Below, one piece after another: positions 55,621 through 64,000 of a DNA stretch of 64,000 bases. The notes under the pieces were generated by a model. The model searched no databases. It had not been told where the DNA came from and was given only the letters and a program-made list of their open reading frames with translations. The translations under genes were made by a program, and so were the position numbers. Position 1 is the first letter of the stretch. Each line of letters starts with the position of its first letter. The DNA lies in the NCBI GenBank assembly GCA_050250665.1, contig JBFWOF010000007.1, positions 32,112 to 96,111 of the forward strand, given 5' to 3'. This DNA comes from Lysobacterales bacterium. Lineage in GTDB: Bacteria; Pseudomonadota; Gammaproteobacteria; Xanthomonadales; SZUA-5.

Positions 55621-58462
55621 ATGCACAACCCGCTGCGCGAGCGCTGGCCCGAGGTGAAGGCGCTGTTCGAAGCAGCGTCGATGCAGCCCCGCGCCGAGCG
55701 TTCGGCATGGTTGGCGACTCAGCCAGCCGACGCCGCGTTGCGCGCCGCGGTGGTCGCGATGCTGGCCGACGCCGACTCCGATACCGTCGGCGCCGAAGCA
55801 CGCGATTTGGAACCAGAGTCTGCCGAGGGTCAGTACATCGGGCGCTACCGGATCCTGCGCACCTTGGGCCGCGGTGGCATGGGTGTGGTCTATCTCGCCG
55901 AACAGGCAAATCCGCAGCGCCTGAATGCTGGCCCGGTTGTCACACCCGGGGATCGCGCACATCGTCGAAGTCGATGCGGATGCCGACGAACGTCCCTTCC
56001 TGGTGATGGAGTACGTCGACGGCATTGATCTCACCGATCATTGCGCCAGACTTTCGCGCGATCAGCGATTGGCATTGCTGGCGCAGGTCGCCGATGCCGT
56101 CGAGCACGCGCACGCCCGGGGTGTGGTGCATCGCGATCTCAAACCGTCGAATATTCTGATCGACGCCGAGGGCCATCCCAAAGTGCTCGACTTCGGCATC
56201 GGGCAAATCATGGGGGAGGGGCACACCCTGACCGAGACCGGGATGCTGCTCGGCACGCCGGCCTACATGAGCCCGGAACAAGCCATTGGCAGCTCACGGC
56301 CGGATGCGCGCAGCGATGTCTACGCGCTCGGCGTGATGGCCTACGAGTTGATGACCGACCGCTTGCCGCTGCCGGTCGCTGGACTGACTCCGCTGGAGGC
56401 GCTGCGACAGGTAGGCGAGGTCACGCCGCCGCCGATGTCGCGACTCGATCGGACTTTGCGCGGCGATCTGGAGGTGATCGTCGAGACCGCGCTGGCAAAG
56501 ATTCCTCAGCAGCGTTACGCCAGTGCCGGGTTGTTCGCCGACGATCTGCGGCGCTATCTGGCAGCCGAGCCGATCCGCGCGCGGCGACCGCCGTGGTGGC
56601 GCCGCGCGGTGTTGTTGGCGCGGCGCAAACCGGCACTGGTGGCGGCGCTCGCCATGGCGCTGGGTGGCTTGCTGATCGGCAGCGGGCTGGCTCTGGCATT
56701 TGCAATCGGCGCCGCGCGCGATCGCGACCGCGCCGAGGCTGCGCTGGCGCAGGCTCGCGGCACCCAGGAGGCACTGGCCCGGGTGTTTGCGGCCGGCAAT
56801 CCGGTGATTGCGGGCAAACCGGAGGTTGCGTTCCGGGAGGTGCTGAGCGCCGCGCCATCGCAGCTGGCCGGCATGCCGCCGCAGATCCGCTTGCCGGTGC
56901 AGTACACGGTGGCGCTGGCGCAGACGCAGATTGGCGACGATCAGGCGGCGATCGCCGGCTTCGCGGCGGCAGCGGAGATTGCCGCCGAACTTGGGCTTGG
57001 GCGGGCACGCGCACAGGCCGAGCTGCGCCGCCTCATGGTCGCGTTCGATCATGTGGATATCGCCGAGTCGGCGCGTGCGGTCGAAGCGCTGCTGGCTGAC
57101 CCGCACGTGCTCGCCGATCCGCTGCTGCACGCCGGGTCGCTGATCAACGCTTCGGGGATCGCGCTGGCCCAGTTCCGCGATCAAACCGCTGCCGCGCGGC
57201 TCGCCGCCGCGCTTGCGCTGTGGCCGCGGGTGACCGCGATGACGCCGGCGATCGACGACGCCACGCTGGATGCCGAAGTCGAGATCGGCCTGCTTCAGTT
57301 GCAACTCATTGCGATGGCGACGGGTGGCGCTGGCCCGGATGCACCGCGCCGTCTGGCGGCAGAGGCCAGCGAGGCCTACGCGCGGCTGTCCCTGCGCCTG
57401 CCCGCCGATCACCCGGTTCTGGCGGCGCTGCGCGTTGTTGCGCAAAACCTGGCCGATGCCCTTGCTGGCCGCTCGGAGTGGCGGACCAGGCTGCACGCGA
57501 CGATCGACGCGCAGATCCCGCGGCTTGGATACGCGCATCCCACCATCGCAGCGCAGATCACGACGGGTCTGCAACTGGCGGGCTTGCAGGGGTTGATCGA
57601 TCCGCCGCTGCAGCAGCAACTGGTCGAGGTGGCGCGGGCAATGCCACCCGGCAGCCGGCGAAGGCTGCGGCTGATGTTGCAGGCGGCGGCGGAGAGTGGC
57701 TTCCCCGCGCGTGTCGGCGTCACTGCTGATGAGATCGCTGCAGCCCGAGCGACCATCTGTGAGGCCGCACGCGGGATCGACCAGGACTGTATCTGGGCCG
57801 AAGTCGGCATCGCACAACTGGAGTTCAACGAGGGGCGCGCCGCGGCCGCGCACGCGCGGCTCGACGCGCTGTACCAACGTCGCTCTGAACTTCCGGCGCC
57901 GCTGGCGCTGCGCGTTTACATGATCGCGGCGTCACTGAACCAGTGGGACGGCCGCTACGATCAGGCGGTTGCGGCTGCTGAGGCCGCGCTCGCTGCGGCA
58001 CTGGCGGACACCGACCTCACTGACGAAAGCCGCGACAGGACGTTGTTGGCGTTGAGCTGGAGTTTCCGGCCCCAACGCTGTGACCGCGTGATCGAGGTGA
58101 TCGGGCCGATCGAGTCAAGACTCACGTCCAATCCCGGCGTTTCTGGCGACGTGCTGGCGCGCCTGCTGTCGACCTGCGAGGTGCGCGCCGGGCGCGATGT
58201 GGACAGCGCGCTCGCCCGCCTCGCGCCTTGGTGGCAGCGCCTGCAGGACCCGGCAGTCGACCCGATGATTCGATTGGACGTGATTTCGGCCCACCTCGAG
58301 ATTTTCGACGTGCTCGGGCGCGACGCCGATTTCGCGCAATGGGCGCGTGAGCTTGCCGCGCTGGAAGCGGCCGGTCTCGATCTCGACAAGTTGGCCACGC
58401 GGATGCCCTGGATCGCGCGGGCACGAGCGATGACGCGTGGCGTGGGCGCGCCATCGCACTGA
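55621..58462 (+). pseudogene. Ser/Thr protein kinase with TPR-like C-terminal region, disrupted by internal deletion/frameshift
   Basis: Frame 1 (55621-56028) gives the N-terminal region and Gly loop GRGGMGVVYLAEQANPQR, then nonsense. Frame 2 (55925-58462) resumes at MLARLSHPGIAHIV ... HRDLKPSN ... DFGIGQ. The VAxK/alpha-C segment between them is missing. Confidence 0.7.
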
Positions 58463-58506
58463 AGCTTCCTCGCGCGGTCGAGGCCTGCAGCATCCGCGAC
58501 CATGCG

Positions 58507-58720
58507 GGTGCCCGGCACAGCAGTCGCGGCTGAAGCCGCTCCCACAGTTGTGGTGTGTCCGGGACTCTCAGGCCAGCGTACTCCGCCGCCCTGTGGGAGC
58601 GGACTCTGTCCGCGATCCGGGTGCCTGCGAGCTGCGCAGCTGTCACGTAGACCCTTCGGGTCAACGTGACCTACCTCCACGGTTTGATGCGCGAACAAGC
58701 GCACCGCCAGGGGCGACCGG
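58507..58720. repeat. direct repeat copy B (REP family 2 derived)
   Basis: Aligns with 50642-50815 plus 50911-50950; most positions identical by eye. Confidence 0.85.
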
Positions 58721-58813
58721 GACTCCCACCATTCTCGCGCACTCGGACCCTTGGGCCCGTGCTTGCATCATCGATCGCTAGCTGTGCATACTGTGCATAC
58801 CAAATAGACACAG

Positions 58814-59224
58814 ATGATCGTGGACGCAAAACTCTTTCTCTCCGCCAGCAGTGGCGCGCCCATGTACCAGCAGGTGATCGACCAGATCACCATGAAGGTC
58901 ATGGCCGGCGACTGGCCGGCGGGGACCGCACTGCCATCGATACGTGAACTGGCCAGCCAGAGTCAGGTCAGCGTGATCACGGTCAAGCGGGCCTACCAGG
59001 AACTGGAGCGATCTGGGGTCATCGTGACGCGCCAGGGCAAAGGTTCATTTGTCGCCGACTCTCCGGACATGCAGCGGGCCCTGTTGCACGCCGAATTTGC
59101 CGAACACCTGCGCGCCCTGCTGCTGACGGCAGCGAAGCTGGGTCTGGGCATCGAAGACATCAAACAACTGCTCGACGAGTCCGCAACCGTCGATACCAAC
59201 GCAACATCTGAGGAAACGCCATGA
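58814..59224 (+). CDS. GntR-family regulator, YtrA-like short type
   Basis: PMYQQVIDQI ... LPSIRELASQSQVSVITVKRAYQELERSGVIVTRQGKGSFV winged HTH; short effector region. Confidence 0.85.
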   Translation: MIVDAKLFLSASSGAPMYQQVIDQITMKVMAGDWPAGTALPSIRELASQSQVSVITVKRAYQELERSGVIVTRQGKGSFVADSPDMQRALLHAEFAEHLRALLLTAAKLGLGIEDIKQLLDESATVDTNATSEETP

Positions 59225-60105
59225 GCAACGCCTTCTCGGTCTCCGGCATCAGCAAGCGCTATCCGCATTTCGCGCTGGAGGACATTGATCTCAGCCTGCC
59301 TGAGGGCCAGATCATGGGTCTGGTGGGCGTCAATGGAGCCGGCAAGACCACCTTGCTGCGGATTCTGACCGGGCTGGCCCAGCCCGATCGTGGGCAGGTC
59401 GAAGTGCTGGGCTATGCCATGCCCGCGCAACAGGTGGCGGCCAAGCGCGAGATCGGCTTTGCCTCCGAGGACATGCGCCTGTACAAGGGCCGCAGCCTGC
59501 GCTGGCACATGGATCTGGTCGCCGCCATCTATCCCGGCTGGGATGAGAGCTACGCCGCCGAGCTGCTGCGGCGCTTTGATCTGCGTCCCGAACAGCTGAT
59601 GGCGGGTCTTTCCCATGGCCAGCGTGTAAAGTCGCTATTGCTGCTGTGTCTGGCCAGACACCCGAGGCTGCTGCTGCTGGACGAGCCGACCACGGGACTG
59701 GATCCGGTTGCACGCGCGGAAGTGCTGGATGCGCTCGCCGATGTGCTGCGCGACGAGGCCCGCAGCGTGCTGTTTTCCTCGCACAACACCCATGACATCG
59801 AGCAGCTGGCCGACAGCATCACCTTCCTTCACCAGGGTCGAATCATTGCCTCAGAAGACAAGGAGCATTTCCTGGACAGCTGGCGGCGCATGGTGTGTCA
59901 GACCGACGCCCACTTTGATCAGCAGGAGTTTCCGGAAGTGGCCAGCTTGCGCCGCAACGGATCGATGCTGGAGCTCAAGATCAAGGGATTCAGCGAAGAG
60001 CTGGCGCCGCGTCTGGAAGCGCGCGGACTGGCCATCAAGAGCTCGCACGCCATGAGCCTGGAAGACATATTCGTGACCACCGTTCGCACCGGAGTTGCCG
60101 CATGA
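59221..60105 (+). CDS. ABC transporter ATP-binding protein
   Basis: Walker A GVNGAGKTT, signature LSHGQRVK, Walker B LLLLDEPTTGLD. ATGA overlap with the GntR gene. Confidence 0.9.
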   Translation: MSNAFSVSGISKRYPHFALEDIDLSLPEGQIMGLVGVNGAGKTTLLRILTGLAQPDRGQVEVLGYAMPAQQVAAKREIGFASEDMRLYKGRSLRWHMDLVAAIYPGWDESYAAELLRRFDLRPEQLMAGLSHGQRVKSLLLLCLARHPRLLLLDEPTTGLDPVARAEVLDALADVLRDEARSVLFSSHNTHDIEQLADSITFLHQGRIIASEDKEHFLDSWRRMVCQTDAHFDQQEFPEVASLRRNGSMLELKIKGFSEELAPRLEARGLAIKSSHAMSLEDIFVTTVRTGVAA

Positions 60106-60788
60106 AGGCCCTCGAACCCAATTTTCCCATCATCCGGCTGCTGATCAGCAAGGACTGGCAGCTGTTCGAGAAACAGCTGGCGGCGTATGTCGTGGCCGGC
60201 ATCGTGGCACTGTGTCTGCTGGGGATGGCCACGCCCTGGAGCTTCTACCTCGGCTCCTTGCTGCTGATCATCGTCATGGTGGCGGCGGCCTGTTTCTCGA
60301 TCTCGACCTCGCTGCTGGTCGAGCGCAAGGAGCAGACCCTCGGCTTCATCATGAGCCTGCCGGTATCGCCGATGGACTTCTATCTGGCCAAGCTGGCGGG
60401 CAATCTGATCACCTTTCTGACGCCCTTCGTGATCATCGCGCTGGGCACGCTGGGCGTGATCCTGTTCACGCCCTTGCCCGATGGTCTGGTGGTGCTCGCC
60501 GTGCTGGTTTTTGGCCACATCGGTCTGGCCTACTGCATCTCGCTGGGCATGGCGATGGCGGTGGAATCGGAGGGCTGGAACACCTTCGTGATGATCGCCA
60601 GCATGGTGCTGATCAATCCCTTCCTGATGGGCATCGGCCAGATCCCCGGCTTCGATGCCCAGTTCAAGTCCGAACAGATCGTCTGGAGCGGACCGGCCAT
60701 CGCCATCCTGTCAGCGCAGTTGCTGCTGAGTCTGGCCATCCTGGTGCTGACCGGCTGGGTGCACAGCCGCAAGCGCTCGTTCTATTGA
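60102..60788 (+). CDS. ABC-2-type membrane permease-like protein
   Basis: 228 aa with about six hydrophobic helices; overlaps the ATPase stop. Confidence 0.6.
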   Translation: MKALEPNFPIIRLLISKDWQLFEKQLAAYVVAGIVALCLLGMATPWSFYLGSLLLIIVMVAAACFSISTSLLVERKEQTLGFIMSLPVSPMDFYLAKLAGNLITFLTPFVIIALGTLGVILFTPLPDGLVVLAVLVFGHIGLAYCISLGMAMAVESEGWNTFVMIASMVLINPFLMGIGQIPGFDAQFKSEQIVWSGPAIAILSAQLLLSLAILVLTGWVHSRKRSFY

Positions 60789-60830
60789 GCACGCGCGCAG
60801 CGACGCGCACCCTCGGCCTTCGTTCGCTCT

Positions 60831-61076
60831 GTAGGAGCGCCCTTGCGGCGCGACCGTCGTGTGGCCGGTCCCGACACGAGGTCGCTACACGAGGTCGTTC
60901 ACTCCCAACGACCGACCCGAGTCGTAGGAGCGCCCTCGCGGCGCGACCGTTGACTAACAGGTCGCGACGCAAGGTCGCTACACGAGGTCGTTCCCACCCA
61001 ACGACCCACCCGAGTCGTAGGAGCGCCCTCGCGGCGCGACCGTGACTAACAGGTCGCGACGCAAGGTCGCTCCTAC
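60831..61076. repeat. tandem array (~2.6 copies of a ~93-bp unit) built on REP family 1
   Basis: Units start at 60831, 60924 and 61017. Each begins GTAGGAGCGCCCT(T/C)GCGGCGCGACC and ends ...GGTCGCTACACGAGGTCGTTC..CCCAACGACC.ACCCGAGTC. The last copy is truncated at ...GGTCGCTCCTAC. Confidence 0.9.
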
Positions 61077-61142
61077 TCAACGATGAGACTCGCCCGCTGG
61101 CATTGCCATGCCGGGCCGACCAGCACCCAGGATCCGCTGTCC

Positions 61143-62327
61143 ATGCCAAGCACCGAGCGCCTGCACTACCTCGACAACCTGCGCGCGCTGGCGATGCTGG
61201 CCGGCGTGCTCTTCCACGCCGCGCTGGCCTACAGCCCGCTGGCGCATCCGCTGTTTCCGACCGCCGACCGCCAGAGCTCAGTGCTGGTCGATGTGCTGGT
61301 CTGGTTTCCGCATCTGTTCCGCATGCCGCTGTTCTTCCTGGTCGCAGGCTTCTTCACGGCACTGCTGGTCCAGCGCCGCGGCCTTGGCGGCATGTTCCGC
61401 AACCGGCTGTTCCGGGTGGCGCTGCCTTTTGTGCTGTTCTGGCCGCTGATACATCAGTGCCTCGCGGTCACCACCCTGCACGCGGCCGCCACGGCAGAAC
61501 ATCCCTCGCCCTTGCTGGCCTTGATCCGCCAGTTCCAGCAGCAGGACGGCCTGCCGCCGCTGCCGCCTGGCACCTCGCACCTGTGGTTCCTGTACTACCT
61601 CATGTACTTCTATGTGCTGGTCTGGGCGGCGCGAGTGTTCGGGATCGAGCAATGGGCCGCGCGGATCGCACGCATGCGCCCGGCGCTGCTGTTGGCAGGG
61701 ATGCCACTGGCGATAGCCTTGCCGCTGGCGACGGTCAGCGCGCCGCACCCGGCACCCGAAAGCCTGCTGCCGCAATTCTGGGCGCTCGGCTACTTCGGGT
61801 TCTTCTTCGCGCTGGGCTACGGCCTGCACGGCCAGACCGAACTCATCGATGCCTGGCGCCCGCACGCCCGGACGCTGCTTCTGGCCGGCATCGCCTGCTA
61901 TGCCGTTTGGCTGCCGCTGGTCCTGACCCAGATCGATGGCGAATTCCTGGTTGGGCCGATCCAGCTGCTTCAGGCCTGCCTGGCCGCCGCCATCAGCGTC
62001 TGGATGACCCTGGCCTGCCTGTGCTTCGGTCGCAGTCTGTTGAACCGCAGCAGCCGCCTGCTCGGCTATCTGTCCGAGACTTCCTACTGGGTGTACCTGG
62101 TGCATCTGCCGATCCTGTTCGCCGTTCAGTACCGGCTGATGGATGCGGACTTGCACTGGATTCTGAAGTTTGCAGTCGCGGTGATGGCTACCCTGGGACT
62201 TGCACTGTTGGGATATGAAGCCCTGGTGCGGCGCTTCGCACCGCTGGCGCGCATGCTCGGAAGCAGTCGGTCTGTTGTGGCGGGTGGTGCCACATCTCAG
62301 ATCGCGCCGACCATCGGCAACATCTGA
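61143..62327 (+). CDS. acyltransferase family 3 membrane protein (OpgC-like)
   Basis: RLHYLDNLRALAMLAGVLFH N-terminus and about 10 TM helices. Start at ATG 61143. Confidence 0.8.
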   Translation: MPSTERLHYLDNLRALAMLAGVLFHAALAYSPLAHPLFPTADRQSSVLVDVLVWFPHLFRMPLFFLVAGFFTALLVQRRGLGGMFRNRLFRVALPFVLFWPLIHQCLAVTTLHAAATAEHPSPLLALIRQFQQQDGLPPLPPGTSHLWFLYYLMYFYVLVWAARVFGIEQWAARIARMRPALLLAGMPLAIALPLATVSAPHPAPESLLPQFWALGYFGFFFALGYGLHGQTELIDAWRPHARTLLLAGIACYAVWLPLVLTQIDGEFLVGPIQLLQACLAAAISVWMTLACLCFGRSLLNRSSRLLGYLSETSYWVYLVHLPILFAVQYRLMDADLHWILKFAVAVMATLGLALLGYEALVRRFAPLARMLGSSRSVVAGGATSQIAPTIGNI

Positions 62328-62389
62328 ACTCGCTTGGACTGGCTAGCTGCACGAGCTCTCCATCGGCAAGCGTAACGCCTGCCCTCGTC

Positions 62390-62409
62390 ATTCCCGCGAA
62401 GGCGGGAAT
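62390..62409. repeat. REP-like hairpin ATTCCCGC-gaag-GCGGGAAT
   Basis: Perfect 8-bp stem in the intergenic region. The motif type CGTCATTCCCGCGAAGGCGGGAATCC is a common proteobacterial REP. Confidence 0.5.
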
Positions 62410-62521
62410 CCAGTGCTTTCAATAGCTTGCGTGCGAGTGTAAGCTCGGTTTCGCCGTCCATTCTCGCGGGCCATCCGGGCAGCAAATCTGCAGTCCACGC
62501 AATACCGATGGGAGGTCGCTG

Positions 62522-63229
62522 ATGTTGCGCATCTGTTTCCTGTTGATGGTCCTCATCTGCGGCTCGGCCGGGGCCGCGGACAGCATCCGCCCGGTGATGT
62601 CCTGGGATGACTATTTCCAGGCCTTGAAGGAAGAAGGCCAGTCGGATGCCGAGGCCAGGGCGGAGATCGCCGAGAGCCTTGAGAGCCTGCGTGACATGGA
62701 CCGGGCGGCTGGCGCCGATCGCGTGGGTGTAGTCGCGCCGCCGTTCAACTTCGATACCTGGATCAACTCGAAAGCGCTGACGCTGGAACACTTGCGCGGC
62801 AAGGTCGTACTGGTGCGCTGGTGGACCGATACCTGCCCCTTCTGCGCCAGCAGTGCGCCTGCACTCCGTTCGCTGCATGAGGAATATGCCGATCAGGGAT
62901 TGGTCGTCATCGGCGTGTTCCACCCCAAGGCCGGCCGCGATGACCCGCTGGATGTCGCTCGCGTGCAGCGTGCCGTCGACGCCAGACAATTCGTGTTTCC
63001 CGTTGCAATCGACTGGGACTGGCGCAAGCACACCCTCAAGGACTGGTGGCTGACTGGCCCCAAGCGTCCGGCGACCTCAGTGACCTTCCTGCTGGACAAG
63101 CAGGGCATCATCCGCTTCGTGCATCCGGGCATGGAATACCACGAAGCCAACGGGTCCCAGGATCACGAGATCTGCGCCAGCGACATGTCGCTCATCCGCG
63201 CCAGTGTGAAGCGCTTGCTGGCGGAGTAG
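62522..63229 (+). CDS. TlpA/redoxin-like thiol-disulfide oxidoreductase, secreted
   Basis: Signal peptide (LLMVLICGSAGAA); thioredoxin-fold motif WWTDTCPFCASS (CxxC). Confidence 0.8.
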   Translation: MLRICFLLMVLICGSAGAADSIRPVMSWDDYFQALKEEGQSDAEARAEIAESLESLRDMDRAAGADRVGVVAPPFNFDTWINSKALTLEHLRGKVVLVRWWTDTCPFCASSAPALRSLHEEYADQGLVVIGVFHPKAGRDDPLDVARVQRAVDARQFVFPVAIDWDWRKHTLKDWWLTGPKRPATSVTFLLDKQGIIRFVHPGMEYHEANGSQDHEICASDMSLIRASVKRLLAE

Positions 63230-63344
63230 GCCACCAAGGGCCGGGTCCGCATTCCGGATCAGCCCTCAGTCCCTCAACCCGCCAGCGCCGATAGCGGCCT
63301 CGGGGGAAGCCGCGCTCTCAGCCTGGGGACGGCGCAGCTCTCGC

Positions 63345-64000
63345 TCAGTTGGTCACCATGAACCAGGCATTGACGAAATCATTGCTGGCCAGATTGATCA
63401 CGGTCGATTTGTTGCGCACGCAGAAACCCACCCGATAGGTGCCGGCCTGCGTCACCACCCGCGAACCGTTGGCCGATAACAAGGTCTTGTTTGGCTGGGC
63501 CAGAACGGTGGCATCCAGAAAGTTCATCGGGTGGAACGGTTCGAGAGTGGCGCCAGCGACGTTGTTGCTGATGCACAGGGAGACCGATGCAGTCACCGTA
63601 CTGTTGGAATTGTGCCCGAACGAGCCGCTGCCGCTGCCGGTTATGCGCTGTCCGGCGCTGACGGTGACGGTCGTGAACGGGCCGGCGAAGACCCACGGTG
63701 GTGTTGCCATGCCCGGCGAGACGATGGCCGGAATGGAACCCGCGAGTGAGGCGATCTGAACCACGCCGCTCGGGCCTTGAGGGCCGGGATTGCCGGCCAG
63801 TGCGAACTGCGCCACCGGCGTGGCGGTGATCGACTGCCGCGGCGTCAGAGGGTCGTAGGCACCCACGCTGCTACCTTCACGGACGGCGATCGCCAGCCAG
63901 CGCGCCTCGGAACCGAAAGCGCCGAAGTTGAGCTCGACGCTGAACACACCGTTCTCGACCGGAATATCGTTCGCGGTCAACACCGAACCGACCGGGTTGC
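63345..64000 (-). CDS. secreted fibre-like protein with short collagen-like segment and C-terminal beta-rich globular domain (5' end outside window)
   Basis: Reading frame stays open to the window edge. ENGVFSVELNFGAFGSEARWLAIAVR resembles the N-terminal module of the 51402 protein. GNPGPQGPSG triplets are followed by a ~140-aa Ser/Thr/Asn-rich domain. Confidence 0.55.
   Translation of the reverse strand, partial: NPVGSVLTANDIPVENGVFSVELNFGAFGSEARWLAIAVREGSSVGAYDPLTPRQSITATPVAQFALAGNPGPQGPSGVVQIASLAGSIPAIVSPGMATPPWVFAGPFTTVTVSAGQRITGSGSGSFGHNSNSTVTASVSLCISNNVAGATLEPFHPMNFLDATVLAQPNKTLLSANGSRVVTQAGTYRVGFCVRNKSTVINLASNDFVNAWFMVTN

Overview
High-GC (roughly mid-60s %) proteobacterial chromosome, judged gammaproteobacterial from gene order. 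Read by eye, no tools or database searches. The first ~15 kb is ordinary conserved core: a GGDEF/EAL protein, rpoE-rseA-rseB, lepA-lepB-(small TM protein)-rnc-era-recO, then rlmD, a CYTH protein, nagZ, a PRTase and an MTA/MTI phosphorylase. The rest is more accessory. Four regions deserve a second look. (1) 15.2-29 kb holds neutral-lipid genes: a WS/DGAT acyltransferase, a two-domain fatty acyl-CoA reductase, an acyl-CoA-binding protein, a patatin lipase and a membrane alpha/beta hydrolase. These are interleaved with PHA-granule-type proteins: PhaI-like and PhaF-like phasins, a PhaD-like TetR and a small PHA-system protein. No PHA synthase lies in the window. The WS/DGAT and the PhaF-like protein both end in Ala/Lys/Pro histone-H1-like tails encoded by tandem repeats. 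(2) 29.0-34.6 kb is a tight four-gene operon: a cupredoxin-like periplasmic protein, a sensor Ser/Thr kinase with HAMP and a degenerate cyclase-like domain, a porin-like OMP, and a double-FHA membrane protein. (3) 50.6-58.7 kb is a segment bracketed by ~170-bp REP-derived direct repeats. It carries a secreted tail-fibre-like protein with an S74-type C-terminal chaperone domain, two other secreted proteins, an ECF sigma factor and a partner Ser/Thr kinase whose catalytic-lysine region is deleted and frameshifted. A leftover 3' end of a second tail-fibre gene sits at the left edge. (4) At least five REP-like repeat families occur, including a 93-bp tandem array, plus a ~0.8-kb low-GC islet with an orphan secreted protein. 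No tRNA, rRNA, CRISPR array, transposase or integrase gene was recognised. Many long ORFs in the six-frame track are antisense or alternative-frame artefacts of high GC and are not called.
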